Source: Lachnospiraceae bacterium UBA2734
GTDB lineage: Bacteria > Bacillota > Clostridia > Lachnospirales > Lachnospiraceae
Reading direction: 5' to 3'
DNA length: 64,000 nucleotides
Assembly: GCA_002353635.1 (NCBI GenBank)
Contig: DEKA01000005.1
Coordinates: 17,146-81,145 of the forward strand
Shown here: piece by piece, positions 37,806 through 46,780 of the stretch
Layout: every line of letters starts with the position of its first letter
Numbering within the stretch: position 1 is the first letter of the stretch
Translations under genes and position numbers: made by a program
Notes under the pieces: model-generated
What the model was told of the DNA's origin: nothing
What the model saw: only the letters and a program-made list of their open reading frames with translations
The model's database searches: none

Positions 37806-39629
37806 ATGACAAGAAAACTGACAGTGCAGGAACTGCTCTTTTATGTGTATTTTGCACTTATGCTGGTGCTCAAGGGCACCGGCTTTACGGACGGACCGGT
37901 ATACCGCGCGGCAATCCTTGCTTCTGTTGTCCTCGTATATCTCCGGATTGCACCAGGCGGGTACGACCGGCGCCAATACATGATGGTGATCGCCCTGACT
38001 GCGCTCATGTGCATCGTTTACTGGAGAACAAGGAATGAATCTGTTCTCTTTGTGATTCCTGCACTCCTGTGCGTGGAAGGGATCCCCATGCGTGATCTCT
38101 TTCGCTTCGGCGGCATCTTCTGGGGCCTTTCCTTTGTCTTTCAGGCTGTGACGCAGCTCCTTAATCTGCGAACAAGAGATTTTGTGATTCATCACAAGTT
38201 CGGACTGGGGTATGCTTTCCGTTGGGCGCTCGGCTATTCCCATCCCAATGTTCTGATGGTCGCTTATACGGCGCTGATCATGTACCTTTTCTGGTACTGC
38301 AGAGGGGGACGGCATCTCCGCAGATGGATACTGACCTCCTTTTTCTTCGCCCTCTTTTTCTTCCTGTATTCCTTCAGCATCACCGGCATTTTATATTACA
38401 GCTCATTCATTCTTATTCTTGGTGCAGCGGAGATTCACAGGCGCTCCGGGCTTGGAAGCGGGGCAGTTTTGCGGGCTGCAGCAGAACTTCTTCTTCCGCT
38501 CTGCGTTCTCTTTTCCCTTGTCGTCCCTGTTGTGACTTATCCGGGGAAGATTTATCAGGTCCTCAATAAGCTGATGACGACAAGACCTCTGCTGACGCAC
38601 TATTTTCTGACCCATTATGGTCTTAATCTGTTCGGCCTGCGCACTGACGGCATCGGACGGAATCTGACTCTGGACTGTTCATACGCAAATCTCCTTATTT
38701 ATAGTGGAAGCGTACTGTTCGCTGTCCTGATCGGCGCGTACTGCGTCACAATTGTCCGGACCTGCCGCATGATGCCTTCCTATGAGAGGAGTCTTCGCCT
38801 TGCAATTCTTCTCTCGACGGCCGTCGGCATGACCAGCGAGCCGTTCGGCTTCAACACGGCGTACAAGAACACCGCGCTCTTTCTTGTCGGCGAGATGCTG
38901 TATGAGGTCACACGGGGCAGAGGAGAGCACGCTGTTCAGGCAGAGGGAGCTGTCCATCAGGAGGCCGGCATCTCTGTGGCTCGGTCTGCATCTGAAAATA
39001 TAACTCCCCGGAAGAAATCTTCCGGTTCCATCTCCTGGCTCTCCCGGCAGCACAACGTGCCGGATTTGCCCGCCGCAGCGGAGAAGGCCGCGGGGAGAAG
39101 CGCGCGGCTGTTCAAAAGGGCGGGCCGCCTCGGATTGGCGTTGGGGGCAGTCGGCGCAGCTGTCGGCATTCTCCTTGCTGCTTCACTGATGCGTCTTCCT
39201 TCGCACTGGTATGCCTTTCGCTCAAGCATCGATATAGAAGGAGAGGAGGGGCCGCTTTTTCTCACTGCGCAGCAGGCGCAGAGTCTTCGGGAGAATACCG
39301 ACGTGCGGGTGATGGAGTACAAAGATGAAGAGACGCCGATGCAGGAGCTCATATCTCCGGGCGGTACGTTTGCAGATATCATGAAAGCGAATGAGGTTTC
39401 CGGACAGGACAAAACCGTAAACGGACAGGAATCCGGTACCGCAGCAGAGGAGGACAATGCCAGGCTGAAGGAAAAGAGCGCTGAAGAAGAGGCATCTGCA
39501 GGAGTTCTGCAGGCGCCGAATCTCAACCGGATTGAATGTCTGCGGATTCTCTGCAGCGCAGGGCTCGCGGGCGCTCTTGCGGGAAGCGCCATCACCGTCC
39601 TTGTCGGAAAACTGCGGAAGCTTCAATAG
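37806..39629 (+). CDS. Wzy-like polysaccharide polymerase / O-antigen-ligase-like membrane protein
   Basis: About 12 TMs, R.ALGYSHPN, LN..TTR, LDCSY..L...G; ATG 37806 follows GGAGAGG. Confidence 0.65.
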   Translation: MTRKLTVQELLFYVYFALMLVLKGTGFTDGPVYRAAILASVVLVYLRIAPGGYDRRQYMMVIALTALMCIVYWRTRNESVLFVIPALLCVEGIPMRDLFRFGGIFWGLSFVFQAVTQLLNLRTRDFVIHHKFGLGYAFRWALGYSHPNVLMVAYTALIMYLFWYCRGGRHLRRWILTSFFFALFFFLYSFSITGILYYSSFILILGAAEIHRRSGLGSGAVLRAAAELLLPLCVLFSLVVPVVTYPGKIYQVLNKLMTTRPLLTHYFLTHYGLNLFGLRTDGIGRNLTLDCSYANLLIYSGSVLFAVLIGAYCVTIVRTCRMMPSYERSLRLAILLSTAVGMTSEPFGFNTAYKNTALFLVGEMLYEVTRGRGEHAVQAEGAVHQEAGISVARSASENITPRKKSSGSISWLSRQHNVPDLPAAAEKAAGRSARLFKRAGRLGLALGAVGAAVGILLAASLMRLPSHWYAFRSSIDIEGEEGPLFLTAQQAQSLRENTDVRVMEYKDEETPMQELISPGGTFADIMKANEVSGQDKTVNGQESGTAAEEDNARLKEKSAEEEASAGVLQAPNLNRIECLRILCSAGLAGALAGSAITVLVGKLRKLQ

Positions 39630-39780
39630 GATAATTTTTAGATAACAGGGCAGGAAATTTTAATTCTTTTTTAAGGATTGAACAATTGTTCATCTTTTTT
39701 ACACAGAAGAAGCGGATATCATGGGTCACAGTTTTGTGAATTTGTCCCAAGGCATCCGTTATTTTCATAGCAATTTATGG

Positions 39781-39807
39781 TTGATCTGGAAAGAAAAGGA
39801 GTATAAT
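39781..39807 (+). promoter_or_regulatory. Candidate sigma-A promoter of the rnf operon
   Basis: TTGATC at 39781, perfect TATAAT at 39802 (15-bp spacer, suboptimal) in an AT-rich intergenic region. Confidence 0.45.
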
Positions 39808-39947
39808 AAATCCGTGTGCGGAATGGCGAAAAATAAAAAAAGTATAAATTCGCCCTCTGCCGGCAAGCCTCGAAGGCTGATAAAAAAGTAGGAACAGAGG
39901 CCTCTGCAGGGCAGACGCATAAAATCCTATACAAGGAGGAAAACATT

Positions 39948-41273
39948 ATGTTCTTTCGTGCTAAGCATTTGTCGAGCATCGATGCGGGTCATTACAAGAA
40001 TACCGCCGACTGCGAGACAAAAGTAATGCCGGTCCCGGACGTAGTCAAGATCTCCATGTCCCAGAACATCGGTGCACCCTGCCAGCCTCTTGTCAAGAAG
40101 GGCGATACCGTAAAGGTGGGGCAGAAGATCGGTGACACGGATGCATTCCTGCATGTTCCCGTACATTCCTCTGTATCCGGAACGGTGACAGGAATTGAGA
40201 CCATGCGCAACGCCATGGGCGGCATGGACACCTTCGTTGTCATTGCGCCGGATAAGCTCCAGACAATGGACGAGAGCATCCACAAGCCTGAGGTGACGGA
40301 CCACAAGAGCTTCGTCGCTGCCATCAAGGAGAGCGGCCTGGTAGGTCTTGGTGGTGCATCCTTCCCGGCATGGCTCAAGTATGATCCGAAGAATCTGAGC
40401 GAGATCAAGACCATCATCGTCAACGGCGCAGAGTGCGAGCCTTTCATCACATCCGACCACAGAACGATGCTCGAGGATGCCCAGAATGTACTCGACGGTG
40501 CACAGGCACTGGTCAAGTACCTCGGCGCAGAGAAGGCTTATATCGCGATCGAGAACAACAAGCAGAATGCCATTGACAACTTCAACAAGATGATCAAAGA
40601 GCAGAACATCACGAATGTCGAGACGTTCCCTCTGCAGGCGCGCTACCCCAAGGGAGCTGAGCGTGTGCTCATCTATGAGGTGACAGGCCAGCAGTGTGAT
40701 GCAGGCGTCCTTCCTGCAGCTCTTGGCGTCATCGTTGCCAACGTAACTTCTACCGCATTCATTGGTCAGTATCTCAAGGACGGCGTTCCGCTGATCAAGA
40801 AGAGAGTGACTGTCGACGGCGATGCCATCAAGAATCCGCAGAACGTGCAGTTCCTTGTCGGCACACTGGTTGCAGATGTCATCGATTTCTGTGGCGGCTA
40901 CAAGGCAGAGCCCAAGAAGATCCTTCTCGGCGGACCTATGATGGGCCGCGCGATCTTCACGGATGCACAGCCTCTTGTAAAGGCCAACAACGCAATCCTT
41001 GCCTTCACGGCTGAGCAGGCGCTCATCCCTGAGGAGACCGCATGCATCAACTGCGGCAGATGCCATCAGGCATGTCCGTTCGATCTGCTTCCGACCAAGT
41101 TCGCAGATGCATACGAGAGAAAAGACGTGCAGATGCTGCGCGATCTCAAGGTTATGCAGTGCATGGAGTGCGGCTCCTGCTCCTATGTATGTCCCGCACA
41201 CCGTCCGCTTGCCTTCATGAACAAGCTCGGCAAGGCTATGGTAAAGGAGGCTGACAAGAATGGCAGAAAGTAG
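39948..41273 (+). CDS. rnfC: Rnf complex subunit C
   Basis: QNIGAP, PVHSSVSG, GLVGLGGASFP, NGAECEP, GGPMMG, CINCGRC..ACP, CMECGSCSYVCP; strong RBS AAGGAGG. Confidence 0.96.
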   Translation: MFFRAKHLSSIDAGHYKNTADCETKVMPVPDVVKISMSQNIGAPCQPLVKKGDTVKVGQKIGDTDAFLHVPVHSSVSGTVTGIETMRNAMGGMDTFVVIAPDKLQTMDESIHKPEVTDHKSFVAAIKESGLVGLGGASFPAWLKYDPKNLSEIKTIIVNGAECEPFITSDHRTMLEDAQNVLDGAQALVKYLGAEKAYIAIENNKQNAIDNFNKMIKEQNITNVETFPLQARYPKGAERVLIYEVTGQQCDAGVLPAALGVIVANVTSTAFIGQYLKDGVPLIKKRVTVDGDAIKNPQNVQFLVGTLVADVIDFCGGYKAEPKKILLGGPMMGRAIFTDAQPLVKANNAILAFTAEQALIPEETACINCGRCHQACPFDLLPTKFADAYERKDVQMLRDLKVMQCMECGSCSYVCPAHRPLAFMNKLGKAMVKEADKNGRK

Positions 41274-42312
41274 AACATTCAAGACAAACTTACAGGTATC
41301 CTCCTCACCTCACCTTGTGACAACGCTGGATACCAGGAAGACAATGATGTACGTGCTGATCGCACTCGTTCCTTCCGCTGTTGCAGCTACCGTATACTTT
41401 GGTGCAGGAGCTCTGCTGCGTATCATTCTCGGCGCATTCTTCGCATTCGCCAGTGAGTGGTGCTACAACAGGATCATGAAGAAGAAGGACACGACGCATG
41501 ATCTGTCCTGCCTCGTGACCGGTGTCATCCTCGCCATGAACGTGCCCGCCAACTTCCCTGTATGGATGCTGGCCATCGGCTGCGGCGTCGCCATTGTCAT
41601 TGTGAAGTGCCTTTACGGCGGCATCGGACGCAACATTGCAAACCCTGCAATCGTCGGCCGTATTGTACTGCTTCTGTCCTGGACTTCCTACATGACCACA
41701 TGGCCGCTGACAAGATTCCAGAAGACGGCAGATGCTGTTACCGGCGCTACCCCTCTTGGCATGCTGGCAGACAAGGTCTATGATCAGTTCCCGTCCCTGA
41801 CGAATATGTTCATCGGTAACATCGGCGGTGCTCTCGGTGAGACCTGCACGATCGCCATCATCCTCGGCGGTCTGTTCCTCATCTGGAAGAAGATCATCAG
41901 CCCGATCATCCCTTGTGCATTCATCGCGACGGTGTTCGTGATCGCTCTTGTTTACTACGCAGTGAACCCGATCGACGGATACAATGCATTCCATATGGCT
42001 CTGTTCCACATCCTTGGCGGCGGCGTATTCTTCGGTGCGTTCTTCTGCGCAACAGATTATGTCACAAGCCCCATCATGAACAGAGGCAAGCTCATTTATG
42101 GCATCGGCTGCGGCGTTGTCACCATGGTCATCCGTCTGATGTGCTCTTATCCTGAAGGCGTTTCCTTCGCCATCCTGTTCATGAACATCATGACACCTCT
42201 GATTGACCGCTATGTAGAGCGTCAGTTCTATGGCATCGCAGCAGCAGAGAAGGCAGCCAAGAAGGCCGCTAAGGAAGCTGCCGCAGCTGGAGCAAAGGAG
42301 GCGGCAAAATAA
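41260..42312 (+). CDS. rnfD: Rnf complex subunit D
   Basis: SSSPH, GGIGRN..NPA, DAVTGATPL (FMN site), GALGET, ATDYVTSP, YPEGVSFAIL. Confidence 0.96.
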   Translation: MAESRTFKTNLQVSSSPHLVTTLDTRKTMMYVLIALVPSAVAATVYFGAGALLRIILGAFFAFASEWCYNRIMKKKDTTHDLSCLVTGVILAMNVPANFPVWMLAIGCGVAIVIVKCLYGGIGRNIANPAIVGRIVLLLSWTSYMTTWPLTRFQKTADAVTGATPLGMLADKVYDQFPSLTNMFIGNIGGALGETCTIAIILGGLFLIWKKIISPIIPCAFIATVFVIALVYYAVNPIDGYNAFHMALFHILGGGVFFGAFFCATDYVTSPIMNRGKLIYGIGCGVVTMVIRLMCSYPEGVSFAILFMNIMTPLIDRYVERQFYGIAAAEKAAKKAAKEAAAAGAKEAAK

Positions 42313-42905
42313 TGGAAAAGACGAATAACTTCCATGAATACGTATATCCTGTCATTATCCTGACAGTGATCGCATTCGTAGCAACGCTTCTTCTGGCGCT
42401 GACCAACATGGTTTCTGCCCCTGTCATTGCGAAGAACAGTGCAGCGAGAGCAGATGCCACAAGAAAGGAAGTCCTTGCAGACGGAGACAGCTTCGCTCCA
42501 GTGCAGGGACTGACAGACAGTGATCTTGCCAAGAGTTCCGACGGCAAGGCATCCATCGAGTCCACAGATGACGTACAGGCAGCTGCCAACGGCGCCGGTT
42601 ATGTCATGACTGTACACACCACTTCTTTCGGCGGCGACCTCACCATGATGGTCGGCATCGATAAGAAAGGTGCAGTGACAGGCGTAAAGGTAACTGATCA
42701 TTCTGATACCCCTGGTGTCGGCACAAAGGATCAGGCAGATGATTATCTCGCACAGTATGTCGGCAAGACTGAGTTGACAAGCCCTCTCAATGTCAAGAAG
42801 GAGAAGGACTTCCAGTACATCTCCGGTGCATCTGTTTCCGGTACTGCCATCCACAGAGGCGTCGGCGTTGCTCTCGATGAGTACAAGACTGTTGCTGGCA
42901 AGTAA
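42312..42905 (+). CDS. rnfG: Rnf complex subunit G
   Basis: N-terminal TM, SFGG, HSDTPGVG, ISGAS flavinylation motif. Confidence 0.93.
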   Translation: MEKTNNFHEYVYPVIILTVIAFVATLLLALTNMVSAPVIAKNSAARADATRKEVLADGDSFAPVQGLTDSDLAKSSDGKASIESTDDVQAAANGAGYVMTVHTTSFGGDLTMMVGIDKKGAVTGVKVTDHSDTPGVGTKDQADDYLAQYVGKTELTSPLNVKKEKDFQYISGASVSGTAIHRGVGVALDEYKTVAGK

Positions 42906-42939
42906 TAAAGGTTACTGATCTGACAGCGGAAAGGAAAAT

Positions 42940-43674
42940 ATGGCTGAACAAAAGAAATCCAAACTCAGTATCCTGACAAACGGTTTGATCAAGGAAAACC
43001 CTGTTCTGGTACTGGTTATCGGCACATGCCCGACACTGGCGACCTCCACATCCGTGGAGACAGGCTTTGGTATGGGCCTCGCCGCTACGGCGGTTCTGAT
43101 CTGCTCCAATATTGTTATCAGTGCTCTGCACAAGCTGATTCCGGATAAGGTAAGAATCCCCTGCTTTATCACCGTCATCGCTGCATTCGTTACCATCGTG
43201 CAGATGCTGCTGGAGGCATACGTTCCTTCACTTTACAGTGCACTGGGACTGTATCTGCCTCTGATCGTTGTTAACTGCATCATCCTCGGCCGTGCCGAGA
43301 TGTTTGCATCCAAGAATTCTGTTGTTGACTCCGCTCTCGACGGTGTCGGCATGGGCCTTGGTTTTACACTGACTCTGTGCATCATGGGCTCCATCCGTGA
43401 GATCCTTGGTTCCGGCACATGGCTTGCAGGCGACTGGTTCGGTCTTGCTCCGGGATTCAAGGGCATCATTCTTCAGTCCAGATGGATTCCCGGCATGAAC
43501 ATCATGACCATGGTTCCCGGCGGATTCTTCGTATTCGCCTGTGTGATGGCCACTGTTCATTACTTTACAAGAGACAAGTCCAAGATCCGCAACAGCTTTG
43601 GCTGCGACGGCTGCGCTATGCAGGGCGTCTGCACGGATGACGACAAGGCAGCGGAGAAAGGAGCAGCAGCATAA
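42940..43674 (+). CDS. rnfE: Rnf complex subunit E
   Basis: ENPVLVLVIGTCPTLA, RIPCFI, LPLIVVNCIILGRAE, REILG. Confidence 0.96.
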   Translation: MAEQKKSKLSILTNGLIKENPVLVLVIGTCPTLATSTSVETGFGMGLAATAVLICSNIVISALHKLIPDKVRIPCFITVIAAFVTIVQMLLEAYVPSLYSALGLYLPLIVVNCIILGRAEMFASKNSVVDSALDGVGMGLGFTLTLCIMGSIREILGSGTWLAGDWFGLAPGFKGIILQSRWIPGMNIMTMVPGGFFVFACVMATVHYFTRDKSKIRNSFGCDGCAMQGVCTDDDKAAEKGAAA

Positions 43675-44264
43675 TGTCTACTCTGAGTAAAATGGTGATC
43701 ATCATTATCGGTATGATCACAGTTAACAACTATCCTCTGTCCCAGTTCCTTGGCATCTGCCCGTTCCTCGGCGTGTCCACGGATCTGAACAGTGCAACAG
43801 GTATGGGCGTCGCCGTTACCTTCGTCATGACGCTCGCCACAATCGTTACATGGCCTCTGCAGATCTTCGTGCTGGATAAACTCGGCATCGGATATCTCCA
43901 GACCGTAGCTTTCATTCTGATCATTGCGGCTCTCGTACAGTTCATCGAGATGTTCATGAAGAAGAATATGCCTGCCCTCTACAAGAGCATGGGTATTTAT
44001 CTTCCCCTCATCACAACGAACTGCGCAGTTCTCGGTGTCTGCATCAGCAACCTGGACAAGGAATACAACTTCTTCGAGTCCGTTGCACAGGCATTCGGCG
44101 GCGGACTTGGCTTCTGGTTCGCTCTCTGCATAATGGCAGGTGTCCGCTCCAAACTGGTTGATCAGTCCAGAATCCCGAAGTCCTTCCATGGTGTTCCGAT
44201 CGTACTGACGACGGCATCCATTCTCTCCCTGGCCTTCCTCGGATTCTCCGGCATGTTCTCATGA
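43674..44264 (+). CDS. rnfA: Rnf complex subunit A
   Basis: NN..LSQFLGICPFLGVS, GMG.AV.FV, LPLITTNCAVLG. Confidence 0.96.
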   Translation: MSTLSKMVIIIIGMITVNNYPLSQFLGICPFLGVSTDLNSATGMGVAVTFVMTLATIVTWPLQIFVLDKLGIGYLQTVAFILIIAALVQFIEMFMKKNMPALYKSMGIYLPLITTNCAVLGVCISNLDKEYNFFESVAQAFGGGLGFWFALCIMAGVRSKLVDQSRIPKSFHGVPIVLTTASILSLAFLGFSGMFS

Positions 44265-44277
44265 GAGGAGGAGAAGA

Positions 44278-45117
44278 ATGAACTTAGTTATCATTGCAGT
44301 AGTTTTACTGCTCATCATTGGTCTTGTGGCCGGCATTCTTCTTTCCTTTGCCAGCAAGATTTTTGAGGTCAAGGAAGATCAGCTCTTCATCGATCTTCGT
44401 GCACAGCTCCCCGGTGCCAACTGCGGCGGCTGCGGCTTTGCAGGATGCGATGATTACGCACATGCACTGGCAGCCGGCGGCAAGAGCGGAGACACACCCT
44501 GCAACAAGTGTGCTGTAGGCGGTCCCGCTGTAGCTGAGAAGCTCGCGCAGATTCTTGGCACTTCTGCAGGTGCTGAGGAGAAGATGGTTTCGTTCGTTGC
44601 CTGCAACGGCACAAACGAGAACGCGCAGAAGCTCTATGAGTACAAGGGAATCGACAGCTGCAAGGCTGCGAAGACGCTCTTCGGCGGCACAAAGGCCTGC
44701 AAGTACGGCTGCATCGGTCTTGGCGACTGCGTAGATGCCTGCCAGTTCGACGCCATCCACATCATTGACGGTGTGGCTGTAGTCGGCAGAGACTACTGCA
44801 CAGCATGTCAGGCCTGCATCAAGGTCTGCCCGCAGAACCTGATCTCTCTGAAGCCTTACAACGAGATCGTTACCGTGAAGTGCTCCAACAAGGATCTCGG
44901 CCGCGCCGCCATGGCAGTCTGCAAGACATCCTGCATCGCCTGCCACATGTGCGAGAGAACCTGCCAGCATGACGCTGTGCATGTCATCGACAATGTTGCC
45001 ATTATCGATCCCGCAAAGTGCGTCGGCTGCGGCGACTGCGCTGCGAAGTGCCCGAAGCACGCGATCCTCGACCTCAAGGCCAAGGAGCACGCGGAAGCAA
45101 AGGGTGCTACGGCTTAA
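44278..45117 (+). CDS. rnfB: Rnf complex subunit B
   Basis: LPGANCGGCGFAGC, CKYGCIGLGDC, several CxxCxxCxxxCP ferredoxin motifs. Confidence 0.96.
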   Translation: MNLVIIAVVLLLIIGLVAGILLSFASKIFEVKEDQLFIDLRAQLPGANCGGCGFAGCDDYAHALAAGGKSGDTPCNKCAVGGPAVAEKLAQILGTSAGAEEKMVSFVACNGTNENAQKLYEYKGIDSCKAAKTLFGGTKACKYGCIGLGDCVDACQFDAIHIIDGVAVVGRDYCTACQACIKVCPQNLISLKPYNEIVTVKCSNKDLGRAAMAVCKTSCIACHMCERTCQHDAVHVIDNVAIIDPAKCVGCGDCAAKCPKHAILDLKAKEHAEAKGATA

Positions 45118-45150
45118 TCATTTCCGGACAGTCATCTTTATGTTATGATG

Positions 45151-45183
45151 GGACCGGCACGGTAATCGTGCCGGTCCTTTTTT
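45151..45183 (+). terminator. Rho-independent terminator of the rnf operon
   Basis: GGACCGGCACG-gtaat-CGTGCCGGTCC perfect 11-bp stem followed by T6. Confidence 0.9.
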
Positions 45184-45208
45184 CAACTTGCAGATTATCG
45201 GGGGGGTT

Positions 45209-46780
45209 ATGGAACTCTATTCTTTAAGGTTTTTTACCTTTCTCATCCTGTCTCTGCTGGCATATTACCTGGCGGGATTTATAAGGCCGAAGGCGCAGTG
45301 GTGCGTTCTTCTGTGTGCGAGTCTCATCTCTTACCTGATCGTGAATGCGCACAGCATGATTTTTATTCTCTCAACGGCATTGACGGTCTGGGCAGGCGCC
45401 ATGTGGCTGTCGTCTCTCTCCCGAAGACGTGACCTTGCAGAAAAAAGTGCTGTGGACCGTGCGGGACGAAAGGCAGTGAGAGAGCGCTATGCAGGAAAGA
45501 GAAGGCTTGTTTTCCTGCTGGTGCTGGCGGTCAATCTCGGAATTCTCTGCTATATCAAGTATTGGAATGTCATTCTGGGGCATCTGCGCATCCACCATGG
45601 ACTCAGCAGTCTTCTCCTGCCGCTTGGCATCTCTTTCTATACCTTCCAATCCCTTGGCTATCTCATCGACATCTATTATGACAAATACGAGTGTGAGAGG
45701 AATCCCTTCCGCTTCCTTCTCTTCGTATCCTACTTCCCGCAGCTGATCCAGGGACCGATCAACAGATTCAACAACATACAAAAAGATTTATTCAGTGCGC
45801 ATAAGCCGGACACGGAGATGTTCAGGCTGGCCATCCTCTATATGGGATACGGATATCTGAAGAAATGCGCCATTGCGGACATGATGTCGCCCATGATCGC
45901 CGGCATTTTTGACAAACCGGATCCGAATGTACCGGGGGCTGCCGTTCTTTTTGGCATTCTGTCGTATTCGGTGCAGCAGTACTGCGACTTCTCCGGAGGA
46001 ATCGACATTGTTCTTGGCGTCTCGATGCTCTTTGGCATACGAATGACGCCGAACTTCAGACAGCCTTATTTTTCTGTGTCTCTGGCCGATTTCTGGCGCA
46101 GATGGCACATCACGCTGGGCACATGGATGAGGGATTACGTCTTTTATCCGTTTGCCGTCACCAGGCCCATGCAGAACCTTGGAAAATATGCGAAGAAGCA
46201 CTTCGGCCGCCATGCCGGAAGAACGCTTCCTGCATGTATTGCCAACCTCCTGGTTTTCTTTCTCGTAGGTCTCTGGCACGGTGCCGAGACGCATTATCTT
46301 CTCTGGGGCATTTACAACGGCCTTGTCATCGCAGCCAGTGACCTCTTCAAGCCCGCGTTCCAGAAATTGAACGGACTGCTGCACATCCGCGAAGAGAGCA
46401 GCGGAATGTATATTTTCCGCATCATCAGGACCTTTGTTATCGTAAACATCGGATGGTTTTTCGATCGGATCACGGATTTTTCCTACTGCAGAACATGTTT
46501 TCTCAACGTCTTCAGGCACTTCGACCTCGCGGGGGCGAAGGACTTCATCTATGCCGTCGGCAACGACGGGTGGGTCTTTGCCTACCGGCTCGCCGCTGCG
46601 TGCCTTGTCTTTGTTTTCATCATCAGTGTGCTGAAGGAGCGGAAAATCAAGGTGGAGGAGGGAATTCTCCATCTGGCCCTGCCGCTTCGCTGGCTCCTGT
46701 ATGTCTGTGTCATCGCGGCAGTTCTGTGGTCATTTACGGTCGTTGGCATTGCGCGGGGATTTATGTATGCGAATTTTTAG
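45209..46780 (+). CDS. MBOAT family O-acyltransferase (AlgI/DltB/PatA-like)
   Basis: PLGISFYTFQ, YFPQLIQGPI, YCDFSG, NFRQPY, FWRRWHITL, GLWHG; ends in FMYANF. Confidence 0.92.
   Translation: MELYSLRFFTFLILSLLAYYLAGFIRPKAQWCVLLCASLISYLIVNAHSMIFILSTALTVWAGAMWLSSLSRRRDLAEKSAVDRAGRKAVRERYAGKRRLVFLLVLAVNLGILCYIKYWNVILGHLRIHHGLSSLLLPLGISFYTFQSLGYLIDIYYDKYECERNPFRFLLFVSYFPQLIQGPINRFNNIQKDLFSAHKPDTEMFRLAILYMGYGYLKKCAIADMMSPMIAGIFDKPDPNVPGAAVLFGILSYSVQQYCDFSGGIDIVLGVSMLFGIRMTPNFRQPYFSVSLADFWRRWHITLGTWMRDYVFYPFAVTRPMQNLGKYAKKHFGRHAGRTLPACIANLLVFFLVGLWHGAETHYLLWGIYNGLVIAASDLFKPAFQKLNGLLHIREESSGMYIFRIIRTFVIVNIGWFFDRITDFSYCRTCFLNVFRHFDLAGAKDFIYAVGNDGWVFAYRLAAACLVFVFIISVLKERKIKVEEGILHLALPLRWLLYVCVIAAVLWSFTVVGIARGFMYANF

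Noticed and set aside
36708-38315. 535-aa minus-strand ORF, and others such as 1725..2816, 8997..10193, 27142..28332, 34039..35235
   Set aside because: Fully overlap well-supported + strand genes; shadow ORFs of GC-rich coding DNA
39927-41282. 451-aa antisense ORF over rnfC (also 44305..45090 over rnfB)
   Set aside because: Mirror-frame ORFs expected from strong codon bias in highly expressed genes; no recognisable motifs
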